A stretch of 63,461 nt of DNA, filler included, from an uncultured Methanosarcinales archaeon (GTDB lineage: Archaea; Nanobdellota; Nanobdellia; Woesearchaeales; B54-G15): NCBI GenBank assembly GCA_964519225.1. It is 4 parts of 4 records of this genome, joined end to end, with 100 filler letters (N's around TTAATTAATTAA, not from the genome) between each part and the next. Parts side by side here need not be neighbours in the genome. Positions count along the whole stretch, not along the records: positions 56,109 to 63,461 come from CAZFJK010000028.1; 3 more parts are not named here. One strand, written 5' to 3'. This document shows, piece by piece, positions 56,502 through 63,461 of the stretch. Position numbers and translations under genes: made by a program. Position 1 is the stretch's first letter; every line of letters starts with the position of its first letter. The notes under the pieces were generated by a model. That model saw nothing but the letters and a program-made list of their open reading frames with translations. It was not told the DNA's origin and ran no database searches.

Positions 56502-57299
56502 TTATTCTATAAATCTTTTCATTCGCTTAACAAATTCGTCGGTTTCCTTTAGCAGCTTATCAAATTCTTCTCCACGTATTTCCTTTATTTCTCTGTGCGT
56601 AATCTTTTTCATCAATTTGTAAAACTTCTCCATTGTTTCAGCGTATTTAGGCTCGAGCAACTTCTTTTTGACAAGCCTTTCCCTAAGTAAATCAGCAACA
56701 TGCTCTGGCGTTGGAGGAATTTCGCCCACATGCATTAAAGCAGCATGAGCGGCATCAATAACTGCCCAATATAAATCCAGAGTTGCTTGAAGCAAATGCC
56801 ATTTTGCATTAACTATTGTTCTCGGCGCTCTGCCGAAATAGACCCAGACGCTCTCTTTTGTTGGTCTTATCCTTCCTTGAATAAGCAGTGCTTGCAGTGG
56901 CTCAAAAATACCAGGATCAATTAGCGGAACGCCATCGCGCAGGATGTTTATTGCAACAGGATCTCCGGCTCTAACATATTCCCAAAAAGAAGTTATTGTC
57001 ATTGAAGTAACATGCAATCTCGTGCTTACCTTTGCAACTGTTTTTTCAACAATCAGCTTATACGCCTCAACAACTTCCCTCGTCATCCTTATAGCTAAGT
57101 CATCAACAACAACAAGAACATCAATATCACCTTTAGGACCTCTAGTGCGCCTTGCAGCACTTCCAAATAAAACAACGCACTTCAGAAAATCGCCAAATTC
57201 ATTTTTTAAGCGCTTAGCAAATGCTTTTGCAATCGTATAATCTTCAGTAGGATATTTGTAAAGATTCGGATTTGTTTTTGGCAAGATAGTAAACCTCAT
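56502..57299 (-). CDS. Fused minimal nucleotidyltransferase plus HEPN-like domain
   Basis: LFGS.AR, GDIDVLVVVDD; C-terminal helical domain Y.A...AAHAAL...H. Confidence 0.85.
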   Translation of the reverse strand: MRFTILPKTNPNLYKYPTEDYTIAKAFAKRLKNEFGDFLKCVVLFGSAARRTRGPKGDIDVLVVVDDLAIRMTREVVEAYKLIVEKTVAKVSTRLHVTSMTITSFWEYVRAGDPVAINILRDGVPLIDPGIFEPLQALLIQGRIRPTKESVWVYFGRAPRTIVNAKWHLLQATLDLYWAVIDAAHAALMHVGEIPPTPEHVADLLRERLVKKKLLEPKYAETMEKFYKLMKKITHREIKEIRGEEFDKLLKETDEFVKRMKRFIE

Positions 57300-57313
57300 C
57301 GAAAAAAATAAAT

Positions 57314-57763
57314 TCAAGCACACTTTATTAAACTTTCTTTTTTCTCCGCTTGCTCCCTTCTTAGTTTTTCATCAAGGATTGATTCTATTTCATTAACAAT
57401 TACTTCCAATTTCCTCTTCAAAGCAAAAGTTCCAAAGTTCAGCCACATATCTTCAGGGACTTCAGGAATAATGGATTTTTGCATTATCTGACGAAGAAAC
57501 GCATACTGATGGATTAGTCTTTCAATTGGATCACGATCTTCTTGCCAGGTGTTTATTTTGTTTCCTTCGTTCCAGCACATCCTGAGTCTTAAGCTGTAAG
57601 GGTCCAATTGAATAACACAGCGCTGACTTAATACACCATTCCGTTGTTTGTAAGCAACGAGCTCATAAAAGACAGCTGGAGGCATAGCAATTCTTCTAAC
57701 ATGATCTGTTTCAATGTTGATATAACCTCCAAAATCAAGTTCTTTTTGAAGTTCGCTTTTCAT
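57314..57763 (-). CDS. Hypothetical protein
   Basis: 149-aa ORF. Confidence 0.6.
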   Translation of the reverse strand: MKSELQKELDFGGYINIETDHVRRIAMPPAVFYELVAYKQRNGVLSQRCVIQLDPYSLRLRMCWNEGNKINTWQEDRDPIERLIHQYAFLRQIMQKSIIPEVPEDMWLNFGTFALKRKLEVIVNEIESILDEKLRREQAEKKESLIKCA

Positions 57764-57876
57764 TTTAATACTCTATAATTTTTAAAACATAACTATATAA
57801 ACCTTTCGTTTTTATACAACTTCCCAGTGATAAAAAGAAACCTTTAAAAAGTCATACTACTCTTTCCTATACTATC

Positions 57877-58032
57877 ATGGTCTGGTTCAATGAAGAGTTA
57901 CGATTTTATCCATGCTTTTGCGACATAACAGGAAAACAGCTTGAGATTTGGCCAAATACAAATCCGCCATTCGGCAAAACAAAAATAAAAACCACAGTTA
58001 CTGGAATAGACGGTTTTGTAGTTAAATATTAA
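57877..58032 (+). CDS. Possible 51-aa microprotein
   Basis: MVWFNEELRFYPCFCDITGKQLEIWP...; TTTAAAAA promoter-like box about 30 nt upstream. Confidence 0.4.
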   Translation: MVWFNEELRFYPCFCDITGKQLEIWPNTNPPFGKTKIKTTVTGIDGFVVKY

Positions 58033-58078
58033 ATTTTATAATATTAAAATATTAAAAGTAAATATTAAACACACAAAA

Positions 58079-58882
58079 ATGTATTATCAAATTTCATACA
58101 GAGTATCTGGAAAGATACCATCAAATGCACCTTTTCAAATAAATTATGAGCCAATCTCATTCCATGTCAATAATGCTAATAATTTTCCTCAAGAATATGC
58201 GTTACGATTAAATCAGCAACAACCAGTATACAACTATTCTACGAGTCTTAACCATATATATCAAAACCGAAAAGACCTTTATGAGAGCAGACATAATCAA
58301 ATCGAACAAGCCAAAGAGCAAATTAGCACAAAAACGCCACAAACCATAATAGAATCCTTCTTAGCACTGCCATCAAAAGCCAATGTTCAGTTCATAGGCG
58401 AAATCCAAAAATTAAAACCTTTTATCGAAAGCATATTCAAAAAAACAACCGACAAACAGCTGCCAGAGAACATCCAATTCCAACTTCTTCCTCAAGTAAA
58501 ATTCGAAGAACGCTTTGGCAAAGCAACACTTGGCATTTCAATAAACAGATATCCTTTCATAAGCGACGTTCTCCTGAAAGAAAACAGCCTTCCAGAATTG
58601 CTCTTAACAGCAGGCCATGAAATCGGCCATGTTCTTTCAGAGCCAATTGAAAATAGCTTTCTTGAAGAAGCAAAAGCATATGCTTTTATGCTTGCATGGC
58701 TTAAAACAATAAAAGAAAACAACATCGCCGGACTAAAGGATTTTATCAAACTTACTCCTCCGGCTAAAAACGGAATTCACGATAGAGCCCTTGATTTTGT
58801 TTTAGAGCAGACTGCTTCAGGAAAAGAGCCTATTGAATTATTCAAAGAAATTACTAAAATCAGGCACGAATTCGCGCTCTGA
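58079..58882 (+). CDS. HExxH zinc metallopeptidase-like protein
   Basis: GHEIGH followed by EEAKAYAF (third-ligand helix), as in gluzincin/IrrE-like folds. Confidence 0.75.
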   Translation: MYYQISYRVSGKIPSNAPFQINYEPISFHVNNANNFPQEYALRLNQQQPVYNYSTSLNHIYQNRKDLYESRHNQIEQAKEQISTKTPQTIIESFLALPSKANVQFIGEIQKLKPFIESIFKKTTDKQLPENIQFQLLPQVKFEERFGKATLGISINRYPFISDVLLKENSLPELLLTAGHEIGHVLSEPIENSFLEEAKAYAFMLAWLKTIKENNIAGLKDFIKLTPPAKNGIHDRALDFVLEQTASGKEPIELFKEITKIRHEFAL

Positions 58883-59150
58883 TTCGTTCGAGTTCTTTCC
58901 TCAAATCAGCTTCAATTTTTTCAATATCTATAGCAATCTTCTTTTTCAACGCTGTTAAAATGTGCAGTTCTTTGTAAATTATTGCATAGCGCTTACTATG
59001 TTTCTTTGTATGTTTTGGATGCTTTGCTTCTTGTAAAGCTCTCTTGCAAGCTTCAAGTTCTTTAACTTTCTTTTCAATAGTTCTTTCAAGCACAGTCCAC
59101 TTTTTCGTATGTTCTAACAATCTTTTGGCCTCAGCAACAAGAGATGGCAT
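58860..59150 (-). CDS. Basic coiled-coil hypothetical protein
   Basis: 96 aa, last gene of the minus-strand operon. Confidence 0.65.
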   Translation of the reverse strand: MPSLVAEAKRLLEHTKKWTVLERTIEKKVKELEACKRALQEAKHPKHTKKHSKRYAIIYKELHILTALKKKIAIDIEKIEADLRKELERIRARIRA

Positions 59151-59155
59151 TTTGA

Positions 59156-61213
59156 TTATTCAAGCGGAACCCTGCTCCATAATGTCCAGTCTTCTGATGG
59201 AGCATAAGGACCAACAACAAAGTATGGTGATTGTGTTTGTCCGAAATAACTATACTGTATTTCAGTCCATGTTCTTTTTGGTGCAAAATGTGGTAGATAA
59301 TGTGCTGCATAAACTGGACTTCCGAATAATCTCCATGTTTTATACAAACCGACTATATCAGCGGGTTCTGTTGTTGCAGCAGCACCAGCTTCAACTGTAA
59401 GTGGCCCTTTATAGCCGTACTTCCTTAACGTTTCAACTATTTCTTTTACAGGAGCAATTCCTGTTCCAGGAATTAAATGCTCATCCTGATAGCCAAAATT
59501 ATCTGAAAGATGAACATTTCCAATCATATCTTCTTTTGCAAGCTGTTCAACTTCTTTTAGCATCCATTTTTTGAATTCGGCATCATTTTCATCAACTGAT
59601 TTTTTTGGGTCGTCATGCCAGTATTTCCTCCACATATTTAAGTGACCAGTGTCAAGCGTTATTTTTATATGTGTTCTAGCAGCATCCCTCGCTTCTTTTC
59701 TCGACAATCCTCTTTTAACCAATATATCTTCCATTACCTTTCTTGCATTCTTCACAAGATTCCTAAGTTCTTCTGGATGCCCTCCATAGTTTTCAGGATA
59801 AAGATTTTCAATAGCAACAAATATCGGCTTTTTTGTTTTCTTTCGTCTTGTTGCTTCCCATGCAGCAAGTCCGGCTTCAGCGTAACCTCCATAGCTTTCT
59901 CTTAAAGCATATTTTCTTGAACTTTCAGCATATTCTCTTAGCATTTCTGCTTGTTTTGCTTGCTGTTCCTGTGCAGTACTTGCTTGTTTAGCATGTTCAA
60001 TTTCTCTTCGTATTAATCTCATCTTTTCTTTGATCAATTCACTGGGAAGCTTCTTTTCTTCCCTTGGAACTATTATCCCTAATTCTTCAAGTTCACTTTT
60101 TAGCCTGATTGCAAGTTTATGCCTTTTTTCAGGTGGTACTTTTTCCTCCTCTTTTTTCCAAAGAGTATATGCCTCTTCTAATCTCTTTAATTCTTTTACA
60201 TATTTATCAAAGTGTCTTGCATATTCCAAAGCCCATCCTTTTGCATGCGCTTCATCTACTGCCAAAGTTGATTTGACATAGACTTCCTCAGGCAAAATCA
60301 TTTCATCATACCTTAAAGGCCTTCCTAATTTTGCAGCCATTTCCTTGTTTATCTTTTCAGCTTCGCGCTCAAAGTCTTTCCATGTTTTCATCTCAATTTT
60401 AAATCTTCCAGTTTCAGGATCATAATCAGGAACTCTATCCTCTGGAGCTACTTTTCTCCCTAGATAATCAACATAATCACCTTTTCTGACACGGACTAGG
60501 TCGCCTTTTCTTATGCCTAAGCGCGGATAATCTGTTTCGGCAACATATGTATAGTCTTTTTCAGCCACCTTCCATTTTGGCGTTGCTACCTCAACACCTT
60601 TCCTAACTTGATGAAAAACTCTTCCTGTTCGTTTATCGACTATGCCTATAACTGCACTTTCAGGCTCTTCTTTGTACGCAATAAATCTGTAGCCGTCGGG
60701 TGCTTTTGGATCCTTTGCCCAGGGTTCATCGCTAATCGGTCTTGGAAACTCTCCGCTATGAACAACAACCGGACCACCATCTGCAACATCAGCAGCAAAT
60801 TCAATAGCTCTTTTTATCTCATTAAGAGCAAACTTCTTGTACTCAGGAGAGAAATTTCCATATCTATCCATGCCAGAAAGACCACCTATGCCAAATGATG
60901 CATGCGTTGTTAGATTAACTTCGGCAATTTCAGCTAATTCCTTTAGCGCTTGCCTGTGCTCTTTGCCATACATTCCTGGTGTTTGTGCAGTTCTTTGCCC
61001 AGCACCAGCTCCAGGAAACTGAATCTCCAGTGCTCCAGCCCCTTGTTTCATTTTCGCAGCAATATCCTGCAATCCTGCAGCTCCGATACCCATTGGCAAA
61101 CCCCACCCAATATCTTTTACTCCAATGCCAACATCATCAGTACTTATATCTTCAGGGGTAGGTCTGCCATAATCTCTGTCCAGAGGCGTAATATAATTAC
61201 TAAATATTACCAT
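59156..61213 (-). CDS. AP-endonuclease-2/xylose-isomerase-like TIM-barrel metalloprotein with a large insertion
   Basis: TTHA, VVHSGE, IENL, LDTGH, VHLSDN, DEHL, TVE ligands; about 290-aa insert. Confidence 0.85.
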   Translation of the reverse strand: MVIFSNYITPLDRDYGRPTPEDISTDDVGIGVKDIGWGLPMGIGAAGLQDIAAKMKQGAGALEIQFPGAGAGQRTAQTPGMYGKEHRQALKELAEIAEVNLTTHASFGIGGLSGMDRYGNFSPEYKKFALNEIKRAIEFAADVADGGPVVVHSGEFPRPISDEPWAKDPKAPDGYRFIAYKEEPESAVIGIVDKRTGRVFHQVRKGVEVATPKWKVAEKDYTYVAETDYPRLGIRKGDLVRVRKGDYVDYLGRKVAPEDRVPDYDPETGRFKIEMKTWKDFEREAEKINKEMAAKLGRPLRYDEMILPEEVYVKSTLAVDEAHAKGWALEYARHFDKYVKELKRLEEAYTLWKKEEEKVPPEKRHKLAIRLKSELEELGIIVPREEKKLPSELIKEKMRLIRREIEHAKQASTAQEQQAKQAEMLREYAESSRKYALRESYGGYAEAGLAAWEATRRKKTKKPIFVAIENLYPENYGGHPEELRNLVKNARKVMEDILVKRGLSRKEARDAARTHIKITLDTGHLNMWRKYWHDDPKKSVDENDAEFKKWMLKEVEQLAKEDMIGNVHLSDNFGYQDEHLIPGTGIAPVKEIVETLRKYGYKGPLTVEAGAAATTEPADIVGLYKTWRLFGSPVYAAHYLPHFAPKRTWTEIQYSYFGQTQSPYFVVGPYAPSEDWTLWSRVPLE

Positions 61214-61215
61214 TT

Positions 61216-61899
61216 TTATTTTAATTTTCCTCGATATATTTCTTTTATTTTTTCTGTTACTCTTTCTATTCGCGTGGTAGTATTTAAAACACTTTCTCTT
61301 TCTTCAGGTTGATAGCTTCCTCCTGCTATGGCTTCAAGTTTTTCTCTCGTTGCATATTGTATTGCTATTGCTTCTTCACGCTGTTCTGGAGTAATCTCGC
61401 CTGTTGCAGCGGCAGTGTATAATTCTCTTGCCCTGTTATAAAGCTCTTCTGCAGGTTGTCTGCTTAACGCATAAACCTGCTGCCAAAATTCTTCCTGCTG
61501 TCTTTTTTCTGCACTGATTTCAGTGCCAGCAACAACTTCTTCTATTGTTCCAGGTCTTTCTTCTGCTTCCCTCTTTTCTGCTCCTTCTTCATGAGTGCGC
61601 CTTTCAGAAACAAACCTCGCAACCTTAAATATCTCTTTTTCTTCTGGAGTAAAAAGCTCTTCTATATCCACAGCTCTGAGCTGTGGTATAACATCCCTAA
61701 ATTCTTCAAGAATCCTCAATTCCTCTTCAGTCGCTTTAATCATTTCTTCGGCCAGTTCTATTTCCTTCTTTCTTTCTTCTTCTATTTTTTTAAGAAAAGC
61801 AAGTCTCTTTTCAGGAGGCAATCTTTTTAAGAAAGCGAGCAATCGCTTTTTTCTCTCTTCACGCTTATCGAGTTTATTTTCTTTTACGATTTCTACCAT
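61216..61899 (-). CDS. Highly charged coiled-coil hypothetical protein
   Basis: 227 aa, E/K/R-rich, coupled on both sides. Confidence 0.75.
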   Translation of the reverse strand: MVEIVKENKLDKREERKKRLLAFLKRLPPEKRLAFLKKIEEERKKEIELAEEMIKATEEELRILEEFRDVIPQLRAVDIEELFTPEEKEIFKVARFVSERRTHEEGAEKREAEERPGTIEEVVAGTEISAEKRQQEEFWQQVYALSRQPAEELYNRARELYTAAATGEITPEQREEAIAIQYATREKLEAIAGGSYQPEERESVLNTTTRIERVTEKIKEIYRGKLK

Positions 61900-63308
61900 T
61901 GAATCATATTGTGAGCTTTTTTAAAATTCTTATACGTTTCGTAAGCAACGAGTAAAACTTCGTTCTTGGCAGCTTTTTTTTCTGCATTTTCTTGCCACCA
62001 CTTAAGCTTTATTTCTTTTTTCCCTTTTTCTTTTTTAACTTCCTTTTTTCCCTCTTTCTTTTCCTCGACTTTCTTGCCAAGCAAACGGTTTACAAATCTT
62101 TCAAAAACGGTTTTTGGCTTTTCTTCAGTTTTTTCTTTTTCTTCTTTTTCACTTTCTTCTGCTTTTTTCAAGTAACGTTGCAATTCATCACCTAAAGCAT
62201 CCATTGCAGCTTTAACACTTTCGCTTACGCTTCTCATCAGCTCAAAATCCTCAGCTTTTCGCATTTCTTTAAATTTCTTTATTTGCTCATCTGTCCAAAC
62301 ATACCCTCTAATGTTTATTTCAACTTTGCCGACATGTATTGGACCCCTTTGATAGCCCTCTTGCTGATAGCTCATCGCAGGCCTTGTTCTAAAAAGAAAA
62401 TGTACTAGAATGCAGCTTTTGTATTTCTTGTTTCCACCAGGAAATTTATGAGCAAGCAGCTCAACCTCGAGCATGCTTCCTTCAAAAGCCGATATAAGGT
62501 CTGGCGTCAACACCTTTTCCTCATCAAGCGTTAATCTCCTTATATGCCTTAAGTATGGTTTTACCCAAGTCATATACATCTTAATGATCTCATAGTGTTG
62601 TTTCAAATACTTAAGCACAAATCCAAATCTTGTTTTCAGTTCTTTGTAAGTTGCTTCTTTCCATCTGAGATACTGAGCTAGTTTTCTTTTCAACACATTT
62701 CTGACAACCTTATTAAATTGCGCTCTTTCAGTATCAACAACTTTATCGACTTCAGCAGCAGTTCTTGGATGTGTTGAAAAGAACAGATCTGGCAAAGCAG
62801 TAAATTGCACTTGATGTGCCATACCATAAACAGAAGCCGGATTTTTTGCACCGCCTTCTACAAGATCAATCCAAATGCCCTTGAGAGCAATTTCAGCTGC
62901 TTCGTCACCTTTCATGCTATCTTCATAATATTTCAATCTTTCTTCTATGATTCTTAGCTCTCTCACAAGCTGGAATAGCTCTTTTATCATTTTTCCGATA
63001 GTAGCTAAAAACTGGCTTACTTTATCCTGCTGTAATCCAATCCTTTGCTGTGTAACGCCAAAAAAAGCACTGTTTTCAGCAGCTGCAAATACATCTATAG
63101 TTTTATCAACATTGGCATAACCCCAGCCATCTCTTAAATGGCTTAAAACCCAGAAATAAGTTTCTTCTATTGACATGTTTGGGACTTCCCATACTAACTT
63201 ATATTTCTTCAGAGGAGCAGGAAATCCTGTTGGAACAAAAGCTCCTTTGCTTTCTTCCCAAATCTCTTCTTCAAAACCAAAATCTTTCAGCAGCTTCGAG
63301 CTAGGCAT
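61893..63308 (-). CDS. Conserved-looking hypothetical protein (471 aa)
   Basis: Long ORF with aromatic-rich globular segments and coiled coils; promoter-like TTTTTAAT about 25 nt upstream. Confidence 0.8.
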   Translation of the reverse strand: MPSSKLLKDFGFEEEIWEESKGAFVPTGFPAPLKKYKLVWEVPNMSIEETYFWVLSHLRDGWGYANVDKTIDVFAAAENSAFFGVTQQRIGLQQDKVSQFLATIGKMIKELFQLVRELRIIEERLKYYEDSMKGDEAAEIALKGIWIDLVEGGAKNPASVYGMAHQVQFTALPDLFFSTHPRTAAEVDKVVDTERAQFNKVVRNVLKRKLAQYLRWKEATYKELKTRFGFVLKYLKQHYEIIKMYMTWVKPYLRHIRRLTLDEEKVLTPDLISAFEGSMLEVELLAHKFPGGNKKYKSCILVHFLFRTRPAMSYQQEGYQRGPIHVGKVEINIRGYVWTDEQIKKFKEMRKAEDFELMRSVSESVKAAMDALGDELQRYLKKAEESEKEEKEKTEEKPKTVFERFVNRLLGKKVEEKKEGKKEVKKEKGKKEIKLKWWQENAEKKAAKNEVLLVAYETYKNFKKAHNMIQW

Positions 63309-63361
63309 TAAACTTAACTTAGATTTAATCTATTAAAAACATTTCGAAAAGAATTTTGCTG

Positions 63362-63450
63362 AGGCGAAACCATGCAGCAGGAGAATTAAGCGTTCACTCG
63401 GACGCTTACGCTTAACCCTCATTCCATCCAAATTGCTTTGGGGCTCGCCT
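63362..63450 (-). ncRNA. Candidate structured RNA (three-way junction) of unknown class
   Basis: Closing stem AGGCGAGCC/GGUUUCGCCU, hairpin CCAAA-GCAA-UUUGG, 13-bp stem GAGGGUUAAGCGU/ACGCUUAAUUCUC. Confidence 0.55.
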
Positions 63451-63461
63451 TAATTCCGACA

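Noticed and set aside
59880..60750. TIM-barrel insertion as an intein or homing endonuclease
   Set aside because: There are no splicing-junction residues or LAGLIDADG/HNH motifs, and the insert is largely coiled coil.
63359..63371. CTGAGGCGAAAC as a hammerhead ribozyme core
   Set aside because: It does not fit CUGAnGA and has no stem II before GAAA; the pairing evidence favours the opposite strand.
1..63461. CRISPR array, tRNA, rRNA, transposase or integrase
   Set aside because: No regularly spaced repeats, cloverleaf with T-loop, rRNA signatures or DDE/tyrosine-recombinase motifs were recognised by eye.

Overview
Archaeal DNA, most likely from a DPANN/Nanobdellota genome of Woesearchaeota type (inferred from the fused PriS-PriL primase, archaeal ribosomal proteins, PolB, RadA, Hef and EndoQ, and many orphan membrane-anchored proteins). 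The window is not contiguous. Four contigs (1-23130, 23231-40621, 40722-56008, 56109-63461) are joined by artificial 100-nt N/TTAATTAATTAA linkers, so gene order across the linkers means nothing. Contig 1 has an AT-rich radical SAM islet, a decayed AbiEii-like gene, a 2683-aa surface protein with a coupled RHH microgene, PhoU plus a probable pseudokinase, RimB-RimK, an unannotated minimal histone, and PolB-UDG-EndoQ. Contig 2 has pilin-like genes, RPA, RadA, Hef, HtpX, primase and the L3-S17 ribosomal protein operon. Contig 3 has mtnP-apt-mat, SepF, rpl21e-rpoF, a large subtilase, PolX and DNA ligase. Contig 4 has rps10, an MNT-HEPN fusion and an orphan operon built around an insertion-bearing metal TIM-barrel protein. 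The best leads are (i) a three-way-junction structured RNA candidate at 63362-63450, (ii) a possibly two-state RNA leader before rpl3, (iii) two paralogous hyper-acidic microproteins sharing AAFLRG[YC]E, near a RimK/RimB pair with no known archaeal substrate, (iv) the PhoU-pseudokinase operon and (v) the TIM-barrel operon. No CRISPR array, tRNA, rRNA, transposase, reverse transcriptase or intein was recognised. All family calls come from motif recognition by eye; no searches were run.
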